Below are positions 19,395 to 28,734 of a DNA stretch of 64,000 nt, in pieces. The notes beneath the pieces were generated by a model that saw only the letters and a program-made list of their open reading frames with translations, had not been told where the DNA came from and did not search any database. This stretch comes from Nitrospinaceae bacterium (lineage in GTDB: Bacteria > Nitrospinota > Nitrospinia > Nitrospinales > Nitrospinaceae): NCBI GenBank assembly GCA_965237905.1, contig OZ250172.1:320001-384000 (forward strand). The letters run 5' to 3'. Position numbers and translations under genes: made by a program. Every line of letters begins with the position of its first letter. The stretch's first letter is position 1.

Positions 19395-20429
19395 CTACTC
19401 GTCAATCAGAATTTCGCGGCGCTGGTTATAAAAATCGCGGAGGCTTTCATAAGGGTCGATGGCGCTTTCTTTCAACGCCTTGATATCTTCAATATAGAAC
19501 GAGGTTTCGTTGACCAACTGCTCGGAAGTGATGCCGGCTCCGGTGGTAAAGTCTGGCACCACCCAGAACAATGGATTCAACAGGGCATCCACGGCCCGGC
19601 CCACACCGTCTCTGACCGAGGAAGGTCCCAATAAAGGAAGGACCACATAGGGCCCTGATGGAATTCCGTAAAATCCCAAAACCTGTCCAAAGTCCTCATC
19701 CACCGGTTTGATATCGAACCCTTCATTCGCAACATCCACCATACACATAAATCCCAAAGTGCAATTGATCAGGACCCGGCTGATCACCCGGCCGGCTTTA
19801 TCGAACTTGAACTGAAGCAGACTACTCACCAACCGGACAGGAAAGGTAATCGTACGATAAAGATTTCGGATCATGATCCGAAAATTTTCCGCCATGATGT
19901 CTTTGTAGGTCTGTGACACCGGCCGCAAAAAGTATTCATAAAAGTGATCGTTGAACACATAAACCGGACGGTTGTACCACCTCTCAAAAGGGTCAGGCAT
20001 GTGCGCAATTTCTTTTTCTTCATCGGCGAAAGGATCCTCTTCGAGATCGGATTCATTTTTCGGATCATCTCCAAAGGGATCACCCTCTTCAATAGCTTCG
20101 TCGGAGTAAGGGTCCACTTCGGAACCACCCGGTTCCGCTTCAGCAGAAAGATTTTTCTCTTTCGACACATTCAATTCCGAGGGTATAAGTTCCCCTGAAG
20201 ACGGATCAATTGGAATCAAGTGGTCTTGAGAAAAATTCTGAGAATCGAATACCACTTCGCCCTGGGAATTGAATTGAAGGGCAGACAGAACTTCCGGGGG
20301 ACCCGAAAAATAAGCGGCAAACGCAGAAGTGGGGAGAACCAGCAGGCCGAGTACCAGACAATAAAAATGGAAGCGTTTTACCTGCTCCCAAAACGGTTTC
20401 CTCGGGCTGGCTGTGGTCTCAAAGATCAT
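19395..20429 (-). CDS. mlaA: MlaA/VacJ family protein with acidic N-terminal extension
   Basis: DPFERWYNR..FND, EDFGQVLG..G.GPYVVLPLLGPSSVRD, DPYESLRD. Confidence 0.85.
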   Translation of the reverse strand: MIFETTASPRKPFWEQVKRFHFYCLVLGLLVLPTSAFAAYFSGPPEVLSALQFNSQGEVVFDSQNFSQDHLIPIDPSSGELIPSELNVSKEKNLSAEAEPGGSEVDPYSDEAIEEGDPFGDDPKNESDLEEDPFADEEKEIAHMPDPFERWYNRPVYVFNDHFYEYFLRPVSQTYKDIMAENFRIMIRNLYRTITFPVRLVSSLLQFKFDKAGRVISRVLINCTLGFMCMVDVANEGFDIKPVDEDFGQVLGFYGIPSGPYVVLPLLGPSSVRDGVGRAVDALLNPLFWVVPDFTTGAGITSEQLVNETSFYIEDIKALKESAIDPYESLRDFYNQRREILIDE

Positions 20430-20520
20430 AGGCGATTGACGTTTAGGAACATCCAGGATTAGCGAAAAAGGCACTTAAATAGCACCAATTTAGTCTAACA
20501 GAAGGCTTTTGGGTTGGCAA

Positions 20521-21258
20521 TCAGTGAGGCTCCGGACTGGCGTCGGACAACCGCTTGAGAGAGCCCGCGGTAATGGAGATTTTGTTCTTGCGGGCACGGG
20601 CGACCACTTCCCAAGCTTGTTGATATTGCCCCTTATGGAAGTGGGTATCCACCAAAACACCGTAGGCCGGACGGTTGAAAGAATTCTGCGCCAAGGACTC
20701 CTCCAGTTTTTTTATGGCTTGGTCATATTTCCCAAGATTGTTCAAGGCCGTTCCCCAGGAAGCGTAGGCCTTACTGTTTTCGGGATCCAGAAGGAGCGCA
20801 TTTTCAAACTTGTCGATCGCTTCTTGATTTTTACCCTCCACCAACAAAGTTGATCCCCAAAGATAATAGTTTTTGCTTTGATTGGGATCCAACCGGGAAG
20901 ATTGGTCGAATTTTTCATAAGCTTCCTTGAATTTTCCCGATTTAGCCAAAGACAGCCCCCACCAGGTATAAATCTTGGCGCTCTTGGGATCCATTTCTGC
21001 CGCTTTGGAAGCTGTTTCAGCCGCCTCAGCGTACTTCCCCAGGGCATTCAGTTCCTGGACTTTCCCCATCAATTCCCCGACTTGATTCTTCAGCGTTTGG
21101 CGTCTTTCATTTTCCTCGGCGGCTTGTTTATTCTTTTCAATGGCTTCCTCGTTCCGTTGTCGATTCTCCTGGATTTGGTTCTTGGCAGATAGAAAACCAA
21201 ATCCCAGAAAGATACAAATGCAACAAAGAACCCAAATAGTTTTGATTTTACGGGGCAT
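20521..21258 (-). CDS. Membrane-anchored tetratricopeptide repeat protein
   Basis: N-terminal hydrophobic segment, coiled coil, several TPRs (WG..L...G...EA...F....LDP). Confidence 0.82.
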   Translation of the reverse strand: MPRKIKTIWVLCCICIFLGFGFLSAKNQIQENRQRNEEAIEKNKQAAEENERRQTLKNQVGELMGKVQELNALGKYAEAAETASKAAEMDPKSAKIYTWWGLSLAKSGKFKEAYEKFDQSSRLDPNQSKNYYLWGSTLLVEGKNQEAIDKFENALLLDPENSKAYASWGTALNNLGKYDQAIKKLEESLAQNSFNRPAYGVLVDTHFHKGQYQQAWEVVARARKNKISITAGSLKRLSDASPEPH

Positions 21259-21346
21259 TATTTTCGCCTCAAAGAGTTCATTCAACAAACCTCAGGAGTA
21301 TACAGTCAACCGCAACCGGTATCAAAATTTCTTTACCACCTGCCAG

Positions 21347-24181
21347 TCATGGCTTGGACTTTTGCAGAGCCAGATTCAAGAAACGGGTTACGTCGGAATC
21401 ATAGGGCAACCATTTCTTCACCTTTTGCAAAACCGCCACCGCCTGATCCGGACGGTTGGTCCGCAGGTAAAGCCTGGCGAGGGAAAGCGATCCGAAAACA
21501 TAATAAGGGTTGATCTCCAGAGTCCTGCGATAAGCCTGCTCTGCCTTTTCAAACTCCTGCACTGCGGAATAAACATTGCCCAAGTTCAGATACGTGAGCA
21601 CATGATCCGGCTCCTGCTCCAGAATTTTCAGATACAGGTGAGCGGCCCGTTCATAAGCCTCCCGGTTCACCGCCGCCACCGCCTCATCCAAATACTGATC
21701 GATGCGGACTTTGCGTTTGATCTCCCGTACCTGAACCTCAGAGCGTTCGAGAGTTCCGATATGTTTTTTAACAATCTCCTGTTCTTCCACGCTCAGTGTG
21801 TCGAACCTCAAAAGCCCAGGCATCCTTTGAAAGTGTGGTGTGATCTGGCGGACAATCACCTGACGCTCATCTTTGTAAATATATTCGGGTGCGCCAAACT
21901 CCAACAGGGAATTATCATCAGTATGAACGGGAGCGCCTTCGCTGAATTTTTTTAACTCGTCCTGATTCATAATCAGCAACCCCATCAAATCCCTCACACT
22001 CGATATCCCCAACCGCTTCAGTTCCCGCCCTTGGACCGGGTCCTCCAGCACCCGTTTGACTTTTTCATAAGGCAGGGAGTACGGCTGGTGCGACCCGATT
22101 AATAGATAGTCGTCCCCGACAATGGACTCCCACATGGTGACATTGGAAAATACAGAAAGAAATGCGCGGGAGATGGACTTGAAACTCTCCGGCGACATAT
22201 TGGTGTGCATCCAGATGCACATGATCCCGCCCGGCTTCAAACGGGTATCTGCCAACTCGTAGAAATCCTGCGTGAACAACGCCCCTATCCCGGAAATCCA
22301 GGGATTGGACGGTTCGGAAATGATGACGTCATACTCTTTTTCCGTGAGGGTGATATGGTTCCGGCCATCCTCCAAGATGATGCGCACCCGGGGATCGTCC
22401 AGCGCATTGTGGTTGAATGGATCAAAAAACCGGCTGCCTTCAATGACCGTGGGAGAAATTTCCACAAGATCGATATTCTTCGCCGGAAACTGTTCAACCG
22501 CCCCCAAAGTCACCCCGCTCCCCTGCCCCACGACCAGAACGCTCTCAGGATTTTTACTGAAAAACATCGGAAGATAACCGGACAACAATTGCGTCCGCAT
22601 ATCCATAGCCAGCGAGGCGTCGGTTTTGCCGTTCACCCGTAAAAAAATATTGCCGTCGATAGACAATTCGGTGGTTACCGTGGTGTGCAACCCTTCTTTG
22701 TAAAACAGAATTTTATTTTTTCGTTGGAGGGCACCCTCCAGTTCATCGATCCGGTACGGCATGAACGAACCGCTGGAAATAACGGCTTTGTCCCACGGGT
22801 CAATGCCACGGGCACCCAGGACCCAAACCAAAAGCAAACCCGGCAAAACATAAGTTTTAAAATTGACTTGCAGGCTGGAGGTGTATAACAAAATAATTCC
22901 CAGAACAATATTGACGAATACCGCCCAGAGAATCGTATTTTGCACACCCAGGATGGGGATTAATAGAAATCCGCCAATCAAAGAACCGAGGATAGTGCCC
23001 ACGGTATTGGACGCGTACGCGGTTCCGACATGGTGCCCCAACGTCTTGAGATTCCGCGCTACCAGCCGCATGACTATCGGAAACTGAGCTCCCATGAGAA
23101 AAGTAGGAATAAAGATCAGTGAAAGAATAATTAAAAAGTTCGACCATTGAATCGAAGAAAAATCGAGGCCCCAGTTCAGGTACACCCAGCGGTTGACCAA
23201 GGGCACTTTTCCGAAGAAGGGCAGTGCCGCCAGCGCGGACAGGCCGATACCCACCTGAAGCCAGCCGAAAACTTTTTTTAAATCTACGAAGCGCCCAACG
23301 ATTCTGGAAAACACCAGGGTCCCCAAGGCCAGCCCCAGAATAAAGGCAGTCAGGATCAAACTGAACGCATACACCGACGATCCCAACAGTAGGGAAAAAA
23401 TACGGGTCCACGCTACCTGATAAATCAACGATGCGATCCCGGTGACACAAAACCCGCCGAGGATCAAAATCACTTCCGGGGTATAAAACCGAGGTTCCTT
23501 TTCCGAAGGCGGCAACGTCTCTGCTGAACTCATGCGAGCCCAGTGACTGCGGAAGAAAATTAAAATGACTGATGCCAGGCCGAGATTGAGACCGGCGGCA
23601 ATCCAGATGGTGGTGCTGACGCCATAAAGCTTCATGAACACAAAAGCGCTGGTCAAGGCCCCCGCCACCGCTCCCAACGTGTTCACGGCATACAGGGTGC
23701 CGACATCCCGGCCGATCACTTCCGGGTCATCGGAAACGAATTTTCCAAGAATGGGTAAGGTCGCTCCCATCAATGAGGCGGGAATGAGAAGAATCGCCCC
23801 GCACACTCCGAAGCGAAAAAAACTGGTTAGAGAATAAGAGTCTTGGAAGTTGAGATAGGTCCACTGAAACAACGGCAGGGAGGTATCGATGAAATGAGGG
23901 ATGAGAAAACAGTAAATCCCGATTGCGCCTTCAAGCAAAGCATAAATCAAAAGCGGTCGGCCACCCCGGTCGATGAGCCGTCCTCCGAAAAAACTCCCCA
24001 GGGCCAGGCCACCCATGAAGGTGGCGAGCACAGTAGAAACGGAATAATGCGTGTTGCCGAGAACGAGGGTGAGCAGGCGGGTCCACACCACTTCATAAAT
24101 AAGACCGGTGGCACCGGAGATGAAGAAAAAAAGAAAAATCCAAATGCGAAAATGGGAGCGGCTCAAATGAGGCTGTTCCAA
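21347..24181 (-). CDS. Fused multi-TM / spermidine synthase-like protein with C-terminal TPRs
   Basis: SGATGLIYEVVWTR and duplicated TM block, LYAVNTLG, VLVVGQGSG, VEIS, EDGR, DVIISEPSNPW. Confidence 0.9.
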   Translation of the reverse strand: MEQPHLSRSHFRIWIFLFFFISGATGLIYEVVWTRLLTLVLGNTHYSVSTVLATFMGGLALGSFFGGRLIDRGGRPLLIYALLEGAIGIYCFLIPHFIDTSLPLFQWTYLNFQDSYSLTSFFRFGVCGAILLIPASLMGATLPILGKFVSDDPEVIGRDVGTLYAVNTLGAVAGALTSAFVFMKLYGVSTTIWIAAGLNLGLASVILIFFRSHWARMSSAETLPPSEKEPRFYTPEVILILGGFCVTGIASLIYQVAWTRIFSLLLGSSVYAFSLILTAFILGLALGTLVFSRIVGRFVDLKKVFGWLQVGIGLSALAALPFFGKVPLVNRWVYLNWGLDFSSIQWSNFLIILSLIFIPTFLMGAQFPIVMRLVARNLKTLGHHVGTAYASNTVGTILGSLIGGFLLIPILGVQNTILWAVFVNIVLGIILLYTSSLQVNFKTYVLPGLLLVWVLGARGIDPWDKAVISSGSFMPYRIDELEGALQRKNKILFYKEGLHTTVTTELSIDGNIFLRVNGKTDASLAMDMRTQLLSGYLPMFFSKNPESVLVVGQGSGVTLGAVEQFPAKNIDLVEISPTVIEGSRFFDPFNHNALDDPRVRIILEDGRNHITLTEKEYDVIISEPSNPWISGIGALFTQDFYELADTRLKPGGIMCIWMHTNMSPESFKSISRAFLSVFSNVTMWESIVGDDYLLIGSHQPYSLPYEKVKRVLEDPVQGRELKRLGISSVRDLMGLLIMNQDELKKFSEGAPVHTDDNSLLEFGAPEYIYKDERQVIVRQITPHFQRMPGLLRFDTLSVEEQEIVKKHIGTLERSEVQVREIKRKVRIDQYLDEAVAAVNREAYERAAHLYLKILEQEPDHVLTYLNLGNVYSAVQEFEKAEQAYRRTLEINPYYVFGSLSLARLYLRTNRPDQAVAVLQKVKKWLPYDSDVTRFLNLALQKSKP

Positions 24182-24190
24182 AAGTTACGG

Positions 24191-25096
24191 TTACTTGGTC
24201 TTGGAGTTTTTTTCGACCGATTTTCCACAACGGAATCCGACAATACTGTCTTTGCGTCCAGGAGTGGCGGCGAACCGTTTGGCGGAGCGGATATCCACTT
24301 TACGTGCGTCCCAGGATCCACCACGAAAAACCCGGTTCTTGGTTCTTTCAGACCCGGGTGGATTGATCAGGGGGGACTTCTGGTAATAGTGCTGATCGTA
24401 CCAATCTTCCACCCATTCGGAAGCGTTTCCGGCCATATCATAAACCCCGTACACGCTCCGTCCCATGGGAAAGCTTCCGACCGGGGCCATATATTGAAAC
24501 CCATCGGCGGTTCCCGCGATATTGGCGCGCTTGGGTAGCATATTATTTCCCCAGGGATACACCAGGCCATGAGTGCCGCGAGCGGCTTTTTCCCATTCCA
24601 CTTCCTTGAGGAGACGCTTGCCCGCCCAAGTGCAAAAATTCACCGCATCGTTCCAGGAAACCCCGACCACAGGGTAATTAGCGGTTTTCAAGATATTGTG
24701 ATCCCCCTGAAAAAAAGGTACGGATGGTTCTATATAACTGGCGGCGCGGCGGAACACGTTGTAGGATTCCACGCTCACCTCATACTTATCGATGTAGAAA
24801 GCATCGAGATAAATTTCCTGCTGGGGCTTTTCATCAAAGCCGCCGTTCCCCGCCCCCCGGGTGAACACGCCCTCGGGAATCAGGATCATTTCCCGTCCAT
24901 CGTCACCGACAAGGGTTTCATAAATACTGAAATCGCGGTTATCATCAATCGTTACTTGCTTGGTCTGCGCCTGCATCTTTCGAACCCTGTCATCTTGATC
25001 GATGGATTTTTTAATTTCCCAGACGATCACCAGAAGAAACAGGATGGCTATGGCAAAGCAGGCGATTACCGCTATGACTAATTGTTTATTGTTCAT
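24191..25096 (-). CDS. Formylglycine-generating enzyme (SUMF1/FGE-sulfatase) domain protein
   Basis: PVVGVSWNDA..FC.WAGKRL..E.EWEKAARG, DMAGNASEW, RGGSW, GFRC. Confidence 0.9.
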   Translation of the reverse strand: MNNKQLVIAVIACFAIAILFLLVIVWEIKKSIDQDDRVRKMQAQTKQVTIDDNRDFSIYETLVGDDGREMILIPEGVFTRGAGNGGFDEKPQQEIYLDAFYIDKYEVSVESYNVFRRAASYIEPSVPFFQGDHNILKTANYPVVGVSWNDAVNFCTWAGKRLLKEVEWEKAARGTHGLVYPWGNNMLPKRANIAGTADGFQYMAPVGSFPMGRSVYGVYDMAGNASEWVEDWYDQHYYQKSPLINPPGSERTKNRVFRGGSWDARKVDIRSAKRFAATPGRKDSIVGFRCGKSVEKNSKTK

Positions 25097-25184
25097 ATTT
25101 TTATATGTTTAAAGGAGATAAAAGGCTAAAATGGCAAAGTGATTATAGTTTAACATGACCGGAATGCAATCCTAAACGATACGG

Positions 25185-25973
25185 ATGAAAGACCTCCTCG
25201 CCGCCAAAGAAACTGCCCTGTCCTGGCTGAAACCCGTTACCCGGGAAATCCTCAACTGGTTCCAAAAAGAACTCACCGTACAACAAAAAGCCGACCAAAG
25301 TCCAGTCACCATTGCCGATCAGCGGGCCGAGGAAATGCTGCGCCAAAAGATTCACCGGTATTTTCCGGATCATGGGATCATCGGAGAGGAATTCGGCGAA
25401 GAGGAAGCGACCCGGGAATGGGTGTGGACGGTGGACCCGATTGACGGCACCCGTTCGTTTATTCAGGGGTTGCCGCTGTTTGCGACGCTCCTGTCCCTGC
25501 TTCACAAAGGAGAGCCCGTGATGGGCATCATTTGCCTGCCTGCCATGGGGGAAACGGTTTGGGCTGTGAAAGGCAAAGGCACCTATTCGGGAAACCGCCG
25601 GCTCCGTGTTTCTTCCCATTCGAAAATAAAGGATTCGGTTCTGGCCACGGCAGACCTGTATTGTTTCCGCGAAAAAAGATATCTTCGGTTCTGGAACCAA
25701 CTGCATTCCCAGGCCAAACTGGTGAGAACTTATCCCGATGCTTTCGGCCACCTGATGGCAATTCGGGGATCGGTCGATGCTATGGTGGATCCCTGGGCTT
25801 ATATCTGGGATTTCGCGCCCTGCAAAATTCTGGTTCAGGAAGCCGGAGGGGCTTTTATTAATTTTACGGGAAGCAAAAATAGCATCTGCGAAGGGTCCGC
25901 GTTGGTGGGAAATGCCAAATTAGTGAAGGCGCTTCAAAAATCGATACAAACCGTCAACACTAAAAAAGGATAG
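25185..25973 (+). CDS. Inositol monophosphatase family protein (histidinol-phosphatase HisN-like)
   Basis: SPVTIAD, GEE, VDPIDGTRSF, WDFA. Confidence 0.88.
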   Translation: MKDLLAAKETALSWLKPVTREILNWFQKELTVQQKADQSPVTIADQRAEEMLRQKIHRYFPDHGIIGEEFGEEEATREWVWTVDPIDGTRSFIQGLPLFATLLSLLHKGEPVMGIICLPAMGETVWAVKGKGTYSGNRRLRVSSHSKIKDSVLATADLYCFREKRYLRFWNQLHSQAKLVRTYPDAFGHLMAIRGSVDAMVDPWAYIWDFAPCKILVQEAGGAFINFTGSKNSICEGSALVGNAKLVKALQKSIQTVNTKKG

Positions 25974-25986
25974 AGGTGTTTACTCA

Positions 25987-26364
25987 CTAAATGGGTTGGC
26001 GGCCTGCAAACCCGCTGTCCAGATCATGCCAGAACCGGATCTCCTGTTCGGGGATTCTCCAACAAAGGTAAACCTCCTTACCCTCCCGCATGGACGGGAA
26101 ATCCACCAACCCCATTTCAATCCCTTTTATCACACAGCCTTTTTTTTCCAGGTTCTTGGTAATCTGATTGGCTTTTAACGCCACTTTCAGATAATCCGTT
26201 CCGTAGGCGCTTCCCCCACTATATTCAGCCTTGGAACGGGCTTTTTGAATATCGGGGAAGCCTTTGTGCATGAGTGTATACAATTCCTGCAGTCGAGGGA
26301 CCCAGTCGTTCAATTCGGGGATCAGAGCGTTGGCTTCTTCAAGGGTAAAGTACTTTTTCGGCAT
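25987..26364 (-). CDS. DUF2203 domain protein
   Basis: FTLEEANAL, GLVDFP, VYLCW, FWH..GFAGRQPI. Confidence 0.9.
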   Translation of the reverse strand: MPKKYFTLEEANALIPELNDWVPRLQELYTLMHKGFPDIQKARSKAEYSGGSAYGTDYLKVALKANQITKNLEKKGCVIKGIEMGLVDFPSMREGKEVYLCWRIPEQEIRFWHDLDSGFAGRQPI

Positions 26365-26599
26365 GAAACTCTTCCTGAAACGTGGTTTTCTGAAAAGGGT
26401 TTAGAATCGCAATCATACACGGGAACCCAGAAAATTCAAACGGCTTCCGGAAATTTTTTAAACTAGAGAATTCAATAAGTTAATATAATTTCGAGCTTCT
26501 TGCCGGGAAAACAGCCAAAAAACGTCTTCAGAGGCACGCAAATTCCTGAAAATTCCATTTGATCAGATAATTAGCCGGGGACGCAATGGAGTTTTTCTA

Positions 26600-26628
26600 T
26601 TGACAAATCGCCCCTAAGATTATAAATT
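26600..26628 (+). promoter_or_regulatory. Putative sigma70 promoter
   Basis: TTGACA-17bp-TAAATT (overlapping TATAAA). Confidence 0.65.
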
Positions 26629-26802
26629 CCCGTGCAAGACACCTCAGAATGTCTTCAAAAATGGCCGCTTAGTAGTGGGTGACATAGCGCAGGCCTGATA
26701 CTGTCGGTATTTCATAATTCATTGTCCGCTGTTTGTTTTGTTAATGAATTATTTATTTATGAGCTATACCTTTAAGTACAATCTTTTTTAGGGGAGACAA
26801 CA

Positions 26803-27258
26803 ATGAAAAAGAAAGCGCTTTTGTTAGCAGTATGTTTTGCGGCTGTACTGGCTTTCGGTGTGAACAGCGCCGTTGCCGATGACATGATTCCGGGTTCTTA
26901 TGCCCAGCAGGATCAAAGTGTAATGGGCGTTGGCCAGACCATGATGCAAATGGGCGCCAAACAACGCGCTCTGACGGACGCCACTAACCGCGCGTCCCGC
27001 GCTCATATGTCCCGAAACTCTGCCCGCGGAGTTAACGTTGACCAGCAGTTTGGTGAATCGCAGAGCAATCAGTCCTGGAAAGCTGCCACGACGATTCAAG
27101 AAGCCAACATGCAAACCGGTCTGATAGCTGGCGATTGTCGGGGTGAGAATTCTGATGGCAAATACCGGAAGCAGATGAATCAGAATCGCAAAGGCTACAT
27201 GAAGGAAAAGCTGGTTCCGAATTCCATGTGCGCCGAAATTCATCCGACTTTGAAGTAA
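26803..27258 (+). CDS. Exported Met/Gln-rich hypothetical protein
   Basis: Signal peptide ending AVA; GGGGAG RBS; own promoter and terminator. Confidence 0.8.
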   Translation: MKKKALLLAVCFAAVLAFGVNSAVADDMIPGSYAQQDQSVMGVGQTMMQMGAKQRALTDATNRASRAHMSRNSARGVNVDQQFGESQSNQSWKAATTIQEANMQTGLIAGDCRGENSDGKYRKQMNQNRKGYMKEKLVPNSMCAEIHPTLK

Positions 27259-27300
27259 GCTTAAGAAGTTTGGGACTCACTGTCCTGGTAAATTCGATTG

Positions 27301-27342
27301 AAAAGCCGATAGAGTTTATACTCTATCGGCTTTTTCTTTTTT
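27301..27342 (+). terminator. Intrinsic terminator
   Basis: Perfect 15-bp inverted repeat AAAAGCCGATAGAGT-ttat-ACTCTATCGGCTTTT followed by a T-tract. Confidence 0.9.
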
Positions 27343-27392
27343 CCTGTTACCGCTTAAATACCGGGAAATTTCTTCTCTTCCGGGTTGCAGTT

Positions 27393-27785
27393 TTGTTTTT
27401 TTGTTTGCAGTCGGCCATTCCCGCCTATTCGTTTGAAAATGTTTCCCTCAAAAAATACCAAACCCAGGCAATCCAGTTGGACAACCCGGTGGATTTGACC
27501 CGGCTCCCGCTCAACAAAACGTTTCAGGTCAATTCACCGGACTTTGTGCTGCAATTCTTTTTCACCGGTCCGGATGTTCTTGGAATCATCTTCAAGCGTA
27601 ATTTAGACAAAGCGCTTTTCGTAAAATGGTGTTTTTTCCGAAACTGCGAGGAAAGTCCTTTTGATTACGTTTCGGTCATCGCCCAGCCCCATGGCCCTCC
27701 CCTGGCGAATGGTTTTTTTGAAACCAAGTTTCCTCCCGGACTGAATTATCATTTCCAAGGCCTGTATTTTTACATCCGAAACTAA
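27393..27785 (+). CDS. Hypothetical (probably exported) protein; start uncertain
   Basis: Protein-like ORF to 27785; the 27228 start runs through the upstream terminator so the true start is later. Confidence 0.5.
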   Translation: MFFCLQSAIPAYSFENVSLKKYQTQAIQLDNPVDLTRLPLNKTFQVNSPDFVLQFFFTGPDVLGIIFKRNLDKALFVKWCFFRNCEESPFDYVSVIAQPHGPPLANGFFETKFPPGLNYHFQGLYFYIRN

Positions 27786-27887
27786 TTTTTTCCGGACCTG
27801 AATCCGACCAAAATTCCGCCCCGTAGCCTGCTCGTTACTAAACTCTGATATAATAATCCTCATCTCAAAATCCTTTTCGAGGGCTCC

Positions 27888-28331
27888 ATGTCTGACGACA
27901 GATTTATCGATAACGGAAACGAAACCATTACTGACTCTTCAACTGGGTTGACCTGGCTGAAGAAAGATACCCGGCAGATGCTGGGAAAATGGCGGAACCT
28001 GGAACAATGCCAGGATTACGCCCAACAGCTGAATAATGAAAATTATGCCGGGTTCAACGACTGGCGGGTGTGCAAACTCGAGGACATCAAAACCATCTAT
28101 GATAAGAATTTTTCTTTGAAAGCCAAAGGCGGGGATATCATCTACATGCCTTCGGTGTTTGAACCGGATTGCGCCGATGTCACTTGGACAGATACGGTCA
28201 ACAAGGACCGGGCCATGATGTTCAATTTGATCAAAGGCCGGTCCAACTGGATCAACAAGCTGGGCGAAGGCCCCTTCGCGGCAAGAATCGTCCGGGGTGA
28301 ACGCATAGGACACGAAAACCCGGCCTCCTGA
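27888..28331 (+). CDS. DUF1566 (Lcl C-terminal) domain protein
   Basis: RFIDNGNETITDSSTGLTW, YAGFNDWR pattern. Confidence 0.85.
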   Translation: MSDDRFIDNGNETITDSSTGLTWLKKDTRQMLGKWRNLEQCQDYAQQLNNENYAGFNDWRVCKLEDIKTIYDKNFSLKAKGGDIIYMPSVFEPDCADVTWTDTVNKDRAMMFNLIKGRSNWINKLGEGPFAARIVRGERIGHENPAS

Positions 28332-28364
28332 CGACCCTGTGGTCTGCTACCCTACCCCGGTCTT

Positions 28365-28730
28365 TCAAGCGGCACTGCGTGACTGAATCACCAGCCAGAT
28401 CGCCAGGAGCACCAGTATTCCTGCAAAGAAGCGCTTGAAGTTCTGTTCCGACATGCTTTGCAAAACCATTGGGCCTATTTGAGCCCCGACAATCCCTCCA
28501 GCGGCAATCATCAGGCCGGTCTTGAGGTCGATGTTCCCCAACTTGTAATGGGCGGCAACCGACGACACAGCGATGAGAAGAACCACCAGAAACGAAGTGC
28601 CGACCGCCATATGCGCTTTCTTCCCCAGATACAGCAGAACAGGAACCACCAGAAATCCGCCGCCCAAACCGGACATAGAGGCCAAAAGACCAACCACCAG
28701 TCCCAACAGGACCAAGAGTATCCATTCCAA
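28365..28730 (-). CDS. TauE/SafE (TSUP) family transporter, half-size (TTG start)
   Basis: GLGGGFLVVP, AVGTS; about 4 TM; GGAGG RBS just upstream of TTG 28730. Confidence 0.82.
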   Translation of the reverse strand: MEWILLVLLGLVVGLLASMSGLGGGFLVVPVLLYLGKKAHMAVGTSFLVVLLIAVSSVAAHYKLGNIDLKTGLMIAAGGIVGAQIGPMVLQSMSEQNFKRFFAGILVLLAIWLVIQSRSAA

Positions 28731-28734
28731 TTGA

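Noticed and set aside
26469..26482. IHF-like WWTCAA-N4-TTA motifs here and near 35881-35894 and 51288-51300
   Set aside because: Short, degenerate and expected in AT-rich intergenic DNA; not evidence of a specific system
27228..27392. Long N-terminus of ORF 27228-27785
   Set aside because: Overlaps the upstream gene end and its terminator; true start is probably downstream
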